From NCBI RefSeq assembly GCF_006345805.1, contig NC_043007.1, positions 23,064,001 through 23,128,000 of the forward strand: a DNA stretch of 64,000 nt. The letters are read 5' to 3'. Position 1 is the first letter of the stretch. The number at the start of each line of letters is the position of its first letter. The notes beneath the pieces are model-generated. The model was given only the letters and a program-made list of their open reading frames with translations, searched no databases and was not told the origin of the DNA. This document shows, piece by piece, positions 36,048 to 48,140 of this stretch. This DNA comes from Octopus sinensis. Its lineage: Eukaryota. The position numbers were made by a program, and so were the translations under genes.

Positions 36048-36452
36048 TATTCTTTATTCTTACTTGTTTCAGTCATTTGACTTCAGCCATGCTGGAGCGC
36101 CGCCTTTAGTTGAGCAAATCGACCCCGGGACTTATTCTTTGTAAGCCAAGTAGTTATTCTATCGGTCTCTTTTGCCGAACCGCTAAGTGACGGGGACATA
36201 AACACACCAGCATCGGTTGTCAAGCAATGTTGGGTGGGGACAAACACAGACACACAAACACACACACATACATATATATACATATATACGATGGGCTTCT
36301 TTCAGTTTCCGTCTACCAAATCCACTCATAAGGCTTTGGTCGGCCCTGGGCTATAGCAGAAGACACTTGCCCAAGATGCCACGCAGTGGGACTGAACCCG
36401 GAACCATGTGGTTGGTAAACAAGCTACTTACCACACAGCCACTCCTGCGCCT
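36048..36452 (-). mobile_element. SINE family A
   Basis: Full-length copy. Confidence 0.88.
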
Positions 36453-36553
36453 ATGAGTATAAAACTGTTCAAGGTTTGACACTGAGAGAAAAGAAATAAC
36501 CACAAATCAAAACAAATATCCAAATACTATAGAGAAGATATGAAATTAGTTAC

Positions 36554-36725
36554 CTTGGATACTTGGTAGCATAGTCATTATATTTGAGCTTCTCATAATA
36601 TTTAGATACATGTTGCCATAGTTCTGCACTTTTAGTTGGATTAGAAGTTTTACTACTGAAAATCTGTTCGGAAGATTTTCCTTCAATGAAATCTGATGGA
36701 GAACTGAAGTCCCATGGCCGAAAGC
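36554..36725 (-). CDS. LMNTD1: LMNTD1-like exon
   Basis: tcttttag|GC TTT CGG CCA TGG...CCA AG|gtaact; FRPWDFSSPSDF...YEKLKYNDYATKYP; phases 1-2 fit both neighbouring exons. Confidence 0.75.
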
Positions 36726-37867
36726 CTAAAAGATTTAAACAGAAGAATATATTATATTGGGAACTAATTAGAGCATGGGACAAAATGCTTTGCAATATTT
36801 AGTTACATTAAGGCAGCGAGTTAGCAGAATCGTTAAAAACCAAAGGAGAAAGAAAAAAATCATTGAGATTTAAAAATATATTGAAGTTAGTTGGACTGTT
36901 TCCTCTTTTTCTGTTCTTGAAGAGGTTGTTTGAATAAGACATTTGTGTACAATCACACAGTGAATTCAGTGTAGTTTAATTACACACATTTCCAGCTAAG
37001 AAATCTAGTCAAACAGTAAAGTACACTGTAGCATCAATACTACACAGATTTATATGTCAGTAATTTGATTACTGAAATAGCTGCCAGAAATGTGTTATTT
37101 ACGCAAATCAAATTTTCCCATTAAATGGAGACCTTAATAGATGTCTCCATGGTTTGTTATAAACAGGTACTCAGTTCCGAAAGTGATTTTCCAGAATGTC
37201 ATTTGGACTTGTCCTTCATAATCTATCAATGAAGACATTGTGTAAAAGACAGTTACTCATGGTTTCTGTAGTATTTAATTCAATTGCTTAGTCCAATTAC
37301 ATATACAGTATCAGCTAAAAGTTAAGATTTACTCTGAAGTATATTATATTTTAATGCATTAACGAAACACAAAAATACATATGCTTTCTCATTGACTCTA
37401 TTCTCTTATTGTCATTACCCCAACTACTTGTCATTTGAACTCTTCTTCACCAGCAAATATCAGCTTCACATACTTTTAGCTGTCTACTCTCCTTTCCTCT
37501 TCTGCAAGTCACACATTATTGATATCCATCTTGCTCCATTACCTCCAACCATTTGCCCAAATATTCATCTCTCTCTAGCATTATTCTCCACTATGGATGC
37601 CTCTCTCTAATCCCTCCATCCTCTTTTATATCAGTTTCAAATTTTGGCATGAGACCAGCAATTTCAGGGATGGGGTGTAAGTCAATTACAATAACCTCAG
37701 TGCTCAATTGGTACTTATTTTATTGACCTCAAAACAATGAAAGGCAAAGATGACCTTGGCAGAATTTGAACTCAGAATATAAAGATGGATAAAATGTTGC
37801 TAGGCATTTTTCTTGGCATGCCAATGGCTCCGCCAGCTCACCACCTTCATCTTCTTTCATATTTAAT

Positions 37868-38036
37868 TCTTTATTGCCCACAAGGGGCTAAACATAGAGG
37901 GGACAAACAATGACAGTCAAGGGGACTAAGTCGATTATATCGACCCCAGTGCGCAACTGGTACTTATTTAATCGACCCCGAAAGGATGAAAGGCAAAGTC
38001 AACCTCGGCGGAATTTGAACTTAGAACGTAACTGCA
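37868..38036 (-). mobile_element. SINE family B (5' truncated); an older B-like copy lies at about 37640-37850
   Basis: Central domain and tail match B. Confidence 0.78.
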
Positions 38037-38535
38037 GACTTATCATCGCCTTATCTTCTTTCATATTGTCACCATAATCACTTTGTTTTTACTATTTCAG
38101 CCTCTTCCTACATCTCACCCTAATTCATCTGAATTCGCCTCAGTCACCCTGCATCATTCTTCATACTGAAGCCCCATTCTCCATCTCAGCCTAACTCATC
38201 TTTTGCTGCAGTGGCTTTCTTTTCTACTCACTCTATCAATCAATGTCTCCTAGAACAAACTGAAAAAAAAAACATTAAGCAATAGGGATTCCTTTTGTCT
38301 TAGGCATGAGATGTTTTGGCACAGCTGTTTTGGCACCACCAATTTGACATCACTGATTCAACACTGACTTATTTGACATCAGACATTTTAATGTTTCTAT
38401 TATTTTCTCCCTCTTTCTCTCTCTTTGTTTATGCTGAACCCTAATTATAATTATGCTCATAATTATAGAATTTTAATATATATATATATATTATATATAT
38501 ATATATATATATACACATATATCTATATATATCTA

Positions 38536-38601
<66 letters not shown>

Positions 38602-39171
38602 GATATATAGATATATATATATATAGGAAGTGGCTGACCTCCCTTGTTCGAAGGTTATAATGGACACGGGTTTGTGTGTCACATAGGTAGCTAGAGGTGA
38701 TGGCCTCTTGGAGCTAATCAATGGCAGCATTCGTCCTATATTTCTAGACTGCCATATTAGCTGGGCAATAACTATTAATATCCAGTACCGCTGCCATAGT
38801 TTCCTTCAGAGAGACTTCGAAATAATAATATTTCTATATATTTATATCTATTCATCTATTTATTATATATAAATATGCACACACACGCATATACATACGT
38901 ATACATATAATGAATAATGATGAATGTAATGAATAATAATTATTTATAATTCTGGTACCAGGCCTAAAATTTAGGGGAATGTTTTAGTCAATTAAATCAC
39001 CCTCAGTCCATGACTCGTTCTTCCTTTTATTGACGGTGGTGAGACAAAAGGCAAAGTTGATTCTGACGGGATGTGAACTAAGAACATGATGGCCTGGAAG
39101 AAATACTGCAAGGCACTTTCTCTGATGCTCTATAATAAGGAAAATCATTTGAAGATATAAAACATACATAT

Positions 39172-39570
39172 AGGCGCAGGAGTGGCTGTGTGGTTAGTAG
39201 CTTGCTAACCAACCACATGGTTCCGGGTTCAGTCCCACTGCGTGGCACCTTGGGCAAGTGTCTTCTGCTATAGCCCCGGACCGACCAATGCCTTGTGAGT
39301 GGATTTGGTAGACGGAAACTGGAAGAAGCCCCGTCGTATATATGTATGTATATATGTGTGTTTGTGTGTCTGCGTTTGTCCCCCTAGCATTGCTTGACAA
39401 CCGATGCTGGTGTGTTTACGTCCCCGTTACTTTGCGGTTCGGCAAAAGAGACCGATAGAATAAGTACTGGGCTTGCAAAGAATAAGTCCCGGGGTCGATT
39501 TGCTCGACTAAAGGCGGTGCTCCAGCATGGCCGCAGTCAAATGACTGAAACAAGTAAAAGAGTAAAGGGA
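39172..39570 (+). mobile_element. SINE family A
   Basis: Full-length, near consensus. Confidence 0.88.
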
Positions 39571-39604
39571 GTATACAGGCAGAGCATGGCTGTGTGCTAA
39601 GACA

Positions 39605-40010
39605 CTTGGCAGAAATGTTAGCTGGTAAACTGGCAGAAATGTTAGCACGCCGGGTGAAATGCTTAGTGGTATTTCGTCAAATTCCGCCGAGGTCGACTTT
39701 GCTTTTCATCCTTTCGGGGTCAATTAAATAAGTACCAGTTACGCACTGGGGTCGATGTAATCGACTTAATACCTATGTCTGTCCTTGTTTGTCCCCTCTA
39801 TGTTTAGCCCCTTCTGGGTAATAAAGAAATAGGTATTTCATCTGCTGTTACGTTCTGAGTTCAAGTTCCGTCAAGGTCGACTTTGCCTTTCATCCTTTCA
39901 GGGTCGATAAATTAAGTACCAGTTACACACTGGGTCAATGTAATCGACTTAATCCCTTTGTCTGACCTTGTTTGCCCCCTCTGTGTGTAGCCCCTTGTAT
40001 GCAGTACAGA
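39605..40010 (+). mobile_element. SINE family B head-to-tail dimer
   Basis: The first unit's tail AATAAAGAAATA joins directly to internal GGTATTTCATCTGC of a second unit. Confidence 0.8.
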
Positions 40011-40012
40011 AA

Positions 40013-40385
40013 TAAGAAGCTTGCTTCCCAACCACATGGTTCCAAGTTCAGTCCCACTGCGTGGCACCTTGGGCAAGCATTTTCTGCTATAGCCTTTTGG
40101 CTGACCAAAGCCTTGTGAGTGGATTTGGTAGATGGAAACTGAAAGAAGCCCCCATTGTATATGTATGTATATATATTTGTGTGTATCTGTGTTTGTCCCC
40201 ACCACCATTGCTTGACAGCTGATGTTGGTATGTTTACATCCCCCGTAACTTAGCAGGTTGGCAAAAGAGACCGATAGAATAACTACTAGGCTTACAAAGA
40301 ATAGATCCTTGGGGCAATTTGTCCAACTAAAGGCAGTGCTCCAGCATGGCTGCAGTCAAATGACTGAAACAAGTGAAAGAATAAG
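40013..40385 (+). mobile_element. SINE family A, 5'-truncated
   Basis: Starts at AGCTTGCTTCCCAACC; rest collinear. Confidence 0.8.
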
Positions 40386-40447
40386 AAGATATAAAGAACC
40401 TGTATTGAAGGTCTGCGTGTAAGTCCTGCTTATATTGAAGCTCTTAC

Positions 40448-40526
40448 TCCGAGTGTGATCAAAGAAAATATTTTCTCTGTAATCTACGTCTGTTTCAATA
40501 GATCTTCTGCCAGCGTGTGAATACAT
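40448..40526 (-). CDS. LMNTD1: Lamin tail domain-containing protein, putative first or upstream coding exon
   Basis: MYSHAGRRSIETDVDYRENIFFDHTR + A|gtaaga (phase 1) joins 36725 in frame. The 5' boundary is uncertain: acceptors exist at 40646 (long poly-T tract then cag) and 40527. Confidence 0.6.
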
Positions 40527-40797
40527 CCTGCAGGTTTCAAACACAGTTTTGTTTTTGTAGCGAAGGTAAATGTACAAGTGTAGGTGTATAAAGTTGATGG
40601 CCTGCTTCTAGATGGTGTACTAGTAGGCTTTTAAGAGAAGCCTCAACTGAAAAAAAAAAAAAAAAAAAAAGTAGTTCTTGGATATATTCTGTTTACAACT
40701 TATTTGGCCACACAGTTCTTGTGTTCACTGGAGCTTTTGAAATCTGTAAGATAAAACAAAATACTTTGGTTATTATGATTAATAATAATAATAATTA

Positions 40798-41035
40798 ATT
40801 CTTTTTATTGGCCACAAGGGCTGACACACAGGATTAGAAAACATAAAGGGACAAAACAGGACGAAAAGTTACAAAGGGTTTTGTCCGTTTGTGAAAAAAA
40901 TCATGTAAAAACAGTATAACAATCAAATAATATAACAACGAAAAACTCCCAATAGGGGGAGGCGTTACGAAAGGTTCCTGGTGGAAAAAAACCCATAAAA
41001 CCCAACGGGAGCCTGGTCAAAAGGGGGGTAGAGAG
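40798..41035 (-). mobile_element. 3' UTR fragment of a Tx1-like LINE
   Basis: The - strand ends ...GTCAGCCCTTGTGGCCAATAAAAAG, the same terminal motif as the element at 17883-20552. Confidence 0.55.
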
Positions 41036-41379
41036 TAATCCTTTCTACTATAGGTACAAGGGCCAAAATTTGGTGGAGGGCGCTAGTTGATTACATCAAC
41101 TCCAGTGCTCCACTGGTATTTATTTTATCAACCCTGAAAGGAGGATAATAATAATGATTTCAAATATTGGCACAAGGCCAGCAATTTCTGCTGGTATTTA
41201 TTTTATCAAACCTAAAATGATGAAAGGCAAAGTTGACCTCGGCAGCATTTGAATTCAGAACATAAAAACAGACGAGTTGCCACTAAGCATTCTGCCTGGC
41301 ACGTTAATGATTCAGCCAACTTGCCACCTTTTTAATAATAATAATAATAATAATAATGATACTAATAATAATAACATAA

Positions 41380-41612
41380 TACCTATTTCTTTACTACCCA
41401 CAAGGGGCTAAACACAGAGAAGACAAACAAGGACAGACAAACGAATTAAGTCGATTATATCGACCCCAGTGTGTAACTAGTACTTATTTAATCGACCCTG
41501 AAAGGATGAAAGGCAAAGTCGACCTCGGCGGAATTTGAACTCAGAATGCAACCGCAGACGAAATGCCACTAAGCATTTCGTCTGGTGTGCTAACGTATCT
41601 ACCAGCTCGCCG
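41380..41612 (-). mobile_element. SINE family B
   Basis: Full-length; tail ends AAAGAAATAGGTATT. Confidence 0.82.
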
Positions 41613-41790
41613 GTGACACGTAAAAGCACCCACTACACTCTTGGGGCGTTTGGCGTTAGGAAGGGCATCCAGCTGTAAAAACTTTGCCAGATCAGATTGG
41701 AGTCTGGTGCAGCCATCTCATTCACAATCTTCCAACCCATGCTAGCATGGAAAGCAGACGTTAAATGATGATGATGATGATGATGATGAT
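41612..41790 (+). mobile_element. SINE-like family D, 5' truncated
   Basis: Core and (GAT)n tail. Confidence 0.78.
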
Positions 41791-42245
41791 GAAGGTGTTT
41801 AGCTAGTAGAATCGTTATAATGCCAGGCAAAATGCCTAGCAACATCTCATCCATGGTTATGTTCTGAATTCAAATGCTGTCAGGGTTGACTGAGCTTCTC
41901 ATCCTTTTGGGGTTGATAAAATTAGTACCAGTTGAGCACCAGGGTCGATTTAGTTGACTTGGCACTTCTCACGAAATTGCTGACCTTGCACCAAAATTTG
42001 ATACCAATAATAATAATAATAATAACAACAATCCTTTCTATCATAGGCACAAGACTTGAAATTTTGGAGAAGGGGCTAGTTGATTACAGTGCTTGACCAA
42101 TAATTTTTTTACTGACCCTGAAAGAATGAAAAGCAAAGTCAACCTTGACAGAATTTGAACTCAGAACGTAAAATCTGGAAGAAATGCCACTAAGTACCTT
42201 GTCTGATGCATAAATGTTTCTGTCAACTTGTAACCTTGTATATAA

Positions 42246-42329
<84 letters not shown>

Positions 42330-44444
42330 TTATTTCTAATATAGGCAGAGACGTGGCTGTATAATTAAGAAGTTTGTTTCCTAACCACATGGGTCTAGGT
42401 TCAATCCCACTGCATAGCACATTGGGCAAATGTCTTCTTCTACAGCTTCAGGCCAGCCAAAGCCATGTAAACTAATACACCTGCTTGTTGTTCCTTCCCC
42501 TGTCTTCGTCTTTTTGTTTTCTGTAAATTTGAAATACATTATAAATATATATTTGACAGGCTTGTTTCCAAATTTGACAGGCTTCTAGCTACGAAATCCA
42601 CTCACGTGGACTTGGCCAGCTTTTGATTTTGGCTGAAGATACTCGACTAAGTTGCTACACAGTGGGACAGAACTTGAAACCAAATGGTTGAGAATAATAG
42701 CATGCTGTTTAATGATAGGGCAATGATATCTGGAAATGAGCAGACCTATGATTGTGTACATCAGGAGTACTCAACCATTTTTTGTCCATGAACCCTTTTG
42801 TATGTTATTTTATTCTAGTGGACCCCTATCGCCATTCTGTGTTTATAAACTAATTTTATAGATACTTCTTTCAAAGTTCCTATTTGATTTATCATACATT
42901 TACTAGTGTAGGTTGAACTATATAAAATGTTAGAGAAAGTTCCAACTTTGATCGTTAAATTTTTTTTATTAGACTAAATTATAGAATGTGTCCTTCCATT
43001 TTTAGAGATAGTTGAGTGTGGTTTGAAGGAGGTTTGGCTGATATTTCCAGCAAATTGAGCGATCACACAGAGGCTCACTGATTTTTTTTATGGCACTTCA
43101 TAAGATTTTCTTTTCCTATCGCCCTCTCCAACAGATCTGTGATCAAAGGTGTTCTAGTTACGGCCAATGTTTCTTTAAGAAAGGAGGGTGTAATTTGACT
43201 TATTTCTAGCAGATAGATCAATTTACAGAGGTTCTCTCATTAGCTAATTACGCCCATGGTATGGCTAAATTCTGCTAAAACACAAATTAAATACATGCAT
43301 GGATTTTAACATTTGCAACGCCCACTCATTCGTAACAAAGGAATTATGGTCGAATTAGATATCGTTAAAAGTTAAACGCAACGAAACAAAACTTGGAAAT
43401 AAAAATTAAGTTAAAAACCAATTCGTTGGTAAAATTGTTCAGCAAAATCCAAAAGAAATAGTTTTCTTGCATTTTTGAAGATGAGAAAGAGAAATTTCGT
43501 TGATTGAAATAAAAGAAGAAAATAATGTAATTTTTGGTCTAATAAAAGATATTTCCTTACATGAGTAAATAGACTGGAGTATTGCGTAAATAAATGTTTC
43601 TTTCTATTAAAATTGTCATTCAGATTTATGTTTTACATAAGAATAGTTTTAAATGTTCATTGAACCAACGACGAAAAGACGAATCACATAACATATCGAC
43701 TTTTTCTTTTGATAATAGGAAAAACAAAAAAGTTCCTAGAAACAGTTTTGAGTGAAGATTTGTCGCAAAGAAGACACAAACATCGAACTTGTGCAGTTAG
43801 CGTGAAAAATAACGGACAAAACTTGATGACGAGAAAAGCTCATAGAAGAGAAGAACGTCAATAGTCTGAGAAAAAGAAAACAAAATCATATGAACAGCAA
43901 ATGCATATTTATTTCACTTGAATCAGAATAACCAGAAATTGAATTTAGAACATAATTTTGTGATAATAAGAATTTGTTTCTTTTAAGAAAATACGCAAAA
44001 AGAGCGTCTTATTGATCACGGTATTTCATTGCGGTGATCGCGGATTATAACGTGCAGTTTTTCACTTCAGTAAAAAAAAGTTATCACTTTCAGTCGGTTA
44101 TTTAATAAGCTTCAGTTTTGATTCTGCTTTTCTCCGACTCCTCTTAGCTATCATGTCTTTTTGGTATCATGCGAAGAAATTAAAACTAAAACTAACGAAC
44201 TGCACACCAGAAGACTTTTTCAATAGTTTCTGGGAAATGGTGCAATGGCAGAAACGAGCATTTGAACACCAGAAAAGATTGTTATTGCGTGTTGTGAAAA
44301 ATACGAACTGTAATGGTTTATTGATTTCATAGATGTGCACTTCTGTAATACATTTTCCCTTCCTATATGTGTATATTTCCTCTTTTTCCACGGCTATATC
44401 GACTTCATTTGGTTAAAATTATTATTTCTAGATTGCTGTTGTTA

Positions 44445-44447
<3 letters not shown>

Positions 44448-44506
<59 letters not shown>

Positions 44507-44620
44507 TTATTATTATTATTATTATCATCATTATTGTTATTATTATTATTATCATCATTATTATTATTATTATTATTATCATCATCATCATTGTTATTAT
44601 TATTATCATCATTATTGTTG

Positions 44621-44675
<55 letters not shown>

Positions 44676-44690
44676 CATTATTATTTTTAT
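44448..44690. repeat. (ATT)n compound microsatellite
   Basis: Direct observation; source of the poly-I/Y/L/N ORFs in the track. Confidence 0.95.
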
Positions 44691-45261
44691 TATTCACTTA
44701 CAAAACTTAACAAAATTAAGTTTCTTTAAGTGAAAACGGTACGCCAGAACATTCCGTGACCGCCTTCTAATTGCTTGTAACCAGTTTACACACAAATATA
44801 ATTTGAGCAACCTTTAGAACTATTAGTGGAATATTTTCATGATGCTTTGAAAGAAAAACAAGACGGAATTAAAGAATCGACACGTCATGTAACGAAAGTA
44901 TACATTACTAATGGATATAATATTTTCGAACTACCAACATCTTGAGGTAATAATTCTCGTAACTTTCTGTTACGAATCTTTGTTACAGCTCGGTATTTTT
45001 TCGTTTCGTGATCAGAAAACGAAAGTGGCAGTATTCGGTTATGTCCAGACAGACCTGTCGAACAGAAGGAACCACATCCCACTCACTCACCCCACCAAAA
45101 GAACATTTGTGGAGATTGCAATTTAGCCACCTACTTCATAAAAGACTGCTGACCATATGTTTTATTCTTGTCCACTCCTTCATTTTTATTTTTGTGTTTA
45201 ACATTTTTTCGATTTTATTTTTCGAGTTCCACGTTTAAAAATACAGATTACGATTCTCATT

Positions 45262-45467
45262 TACCCATTTACTTGTTTCAGTCATTTGACTGCGGCCATG
45301 CTGGAGCACCGCCTTTAGTCGAGCAACTCGACCCCGGGACTTATTCTTTTTGTAAGCCCAGGACTTATTCTATCGGTCTCTTTTTGCCGAACCGCTAAGT
45401 GACGGGGACGTAAACACACCAGCATCGGTTGTCAAGCAATGCTAGGGGAACAAACACAGACACACAA

Positions 45468-45502
<35 letters not shown>

Positions 45503-45670
45503 CATATATACGACAGGCTTCTTTCAGTTTCCGTCTAACAAATCTACTCACAAGGCATTGGTCGGCCCGGGGCTATAGCAGAAGACACTTGCCCAAGATG
45601 CCACGCAGTGGAACTGAATGCGGAACCATGTGGTTGGTTAGCAAGCTACTTAGAAAGCCACTCCTGCGCC
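45262..45670 (-). mobile_element. SINE family A
   Basis: Full-length copy. Confidence 0.86.
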
Positions 45671-45883
45671 ATTCTGAACATTTAAAAAAAAAATTTTCAT
45701 TCTTAATACCAGTTGCCTACGATTTCCACTTTCATGTCGTGACCATAAACAGAAAGAATACCTTTCGGTTCTTTATGTTCCGATTTCAAATCCCGCCAAA
45801 GTCATCTTGGCCTTTCAATTATACGAGGTCCATAAAATAAAGTACCAATCAAGTACTGGGTTAAATTTAATCATCTAATCTTC

Positions 45884-46314
45884 GGATCTTTTCGGTTTGA
45901 ACGGCAGTTTTTTCTAGCGGTGTCATATGAAATTGTCACCCATAATTATGACCCTAGTATCGATCTATTGTATTTCAATCTGTTTTAGGGTTAGAGTTAG
46001 GGTTATGGTTAGGGGTGGGGGGAAGGGTATCTTTTTTCTTCAGAAATGTAAATAAACCCAATCTGTGTCTTAAACGAGGGACATATTCATACGGCACATA
46101 ATGTTTTTTTTACCTCAATAGACGTCATTGATTGGTTGAAATTGCAGAAATTGAAGAAAAAACAACAACAAATATCTTACAAACTATAGAAATTTTCTCA
46201 ATAAAGCCAAGATAAAAGATGTTTTATAAACACATTCTACCAGTATACGAAGTTTAAAATTTTTTAGTTACCCTGAAATTATGTTAAAAACTGCCGTTCA
46301 AACCAAAAAGATCC
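45884..46314. mobile_element. MITE with GGATCTTTT termini and internal TTAGGG-like repeats
   Basis: TIR GGATCTTTTCGGTTTGAACGGCAGTTTTT / AAAAACTGCCGTTCAAACCAAAAAGATCC; flanked by a 98-bp direct repeat. Confidence 0.82.
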
Positions 46315-46553
46315 TCAAATCCCGCCAATGTCATCTTGGTCTTTCAAATATACGAGGTCCATAAAATAAAGTACCAATCAAGTGCTGGGTTAAATTTAAT
46401 CATCTAATCTTCTTTTCCAAAATTCCAGAGGTTGTGCCTATGTTAGAAATACTTACGACAACGGATTAAAAAGCCATAAAAAAATATCAACGGCTGCCAG
46501 ATTGAATTACATTTATTTATCTATTAAAATAATATATGGCTATAAGAGTATAC

Positions 46554-46931
46554 GAGGCGCAATGGCCCAGTGGTTAGGGCAGCGGACTCGCGGTCATAGG
46601 ATCGCGGTTTCGGTTCCCAGACCAGGCGTTGTGAGTGTTTATTGAGCGAAAATACCTAAAGCTCCACAAGGCTCTGGCAGGAGATGGTGGTGATCCCTGC
46701 TGTACTCTTTCACCACAACTTTCTCTCACACTTACTTCCTGTTTCTGTTGTACCTGTATTCCAAAGGGCTGGCCTTGTCACTCTCTGTGTCACGCTGAAT
46801 ATCCCCGAGAACTACGTTAAGGGTACACGTGTCTGTGGAGTGCTCAGCCACTTACACGTTAATTTCATGAGCAGGCTGTTCCGTTGATTCGGATCAACCG
46901 GAACCCTCGTTGTCGTAACTGATTGAGTGCT
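46554..46931 (+). mobile_element. SINE family C, full length
   Basis: tRNA-like head (A box TGGCCCAGTGG, B-box-like GTTTCGGTTCC); 13-14-bp TSD TATAAGAGTATAC(G). Confidence 0.9.
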
Positions 46932-47210
46932 TATAAGAGTATACGGTTGTGTGAGTGGGGTTGTGCCTTATTTTTTTTAGTACGTTCTTTCTTACTTCTG
47001 CAAATGTACTAGTGGAAAGTACTTAGTGGTATGGTTAGAAAATAGGACTAAAATTTTAGGTCTATAAGTTTTTGTGTGTGACTTTGTGACCTTTTAAACT
47101 TATTTGAAGCTTTCTGTTCTTCAATTCTGTTTCTTGGTTTAATCTTTATATCTCCTGATGTCTGTTCCTCATTTGATTCACTTATATTATAATCTCTCTC
47201 TTTATATATA

Positions 47211-47404
47211 TATAAAATAATATGTTACACTTACTCAATAGTCAAGATAAAACTCTGAGTTTCAGATGCCGAAGTGGAAATCCACAACACCATCTCTTTG
47301 GTTGGCCAGATAACCGAAGAGATGGTGTTGTGGATTTCCACTTCGGCATCTGAAACTCAGAGTTTTATCTTGACTATTGAGTAATTGTAACATATTATTT
47401 TATA
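47211..47404. repeat. Foldback palindrome, 93-bp arms, 8-nt spacer
   Basis: Arms 47211-47303 and 47312-47404 are complementary with 2 mismatches. Confidence 0.92.
47308..47370 (+). ncRNA. Degenerate type I hammerhead motif in the right arm of the foldback
   Basis: AGATAA-CCGAAGA-GATG...CATC-T-GAAA-CTCAGAG-TT-TTATCT; 6-bp stem I; U4>C change and one extra nucleotide before GAAA. Confidence 0.4.
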
Positions 47405-47558
47405 GATAAATTTCCTCTATTTACATAATATTGAGGTCTCTTTCTTTCTTTTGTTATCTTACCATTTTTACCAATATATATATATATATATATATACGAG
47501 GAAGAAGCAACAAGAATGGATTGGTTTTTAGTACAATTGTTTCATACAAGGACAGGCT

Positions 47559-47594
<36 letters not shown>

Positions 47595-47705
47595 AAGGAC
47601 AACCACTTAATAAGGAAAACTTAACAAGAAATTGTCAGGTAGATAGCGTAAAAACCTCATAAGAGAAAAAATTTCGAAAATAATTATTTCTTATTGAACA
47701 TATTA

Positions 47706-48040
47706 ATTTATATATAGAGGGCATAATTATACATACATGCCAGGAGGCATTATATATACCTGCCAAACGCTAAGAGGGACAATCAGTCATTTCTACCAAA
47801 AATATTACTAATCCCACCGAATGCAATTTTTCAAAGTAAGACATATATTTTTATATATTTTTAAATGTCTTAAATGTCTTTTATATATTCTTAAATGTCT
47901 ATATATTTTTAAATGTCTTACTTTGAAAAATTGCATTCGGTGGGATTAGTAATATTTTTGGTAGAAATGACTGATTGTCCCTCTTAGCGTTTGGCAGGTA
48001 TATATAATGCCTCCTGGCATGTATGTATAATTATGCCCTC

Positions 48041-48051
<11 letters not shown>
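47706..48051. repeat. Foldback palindrome, 139-bp arms, AT-rich spacer
   Basis: Arms 47706-47844 and 47913-48051 show no mismatch by eye; the spacer contains repeated AAATGTCT. Confidence 0.92.
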
Positions 48052-48081
<30 letters not shown>

Positions 48082-48140
48082 ACACACACACACACCACAC
48101 ACACACACACACACACATTCAAAGCGTTCCTGTCACAATC

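Noticed and set aside
44153-44335. Short + strand ORF in a CpG-richer region, and a possible promoter or first exon of the LMNTD1-like gene (donor at 45090)
   Set aside because: No homology; promoter position cannot be established from sequence alone
45985-46014. TTAGGG repeats as an interstitial telomere or fusion site
   Set aside because: Only about five degenerate units, lying inside a TIR-bounded MITE
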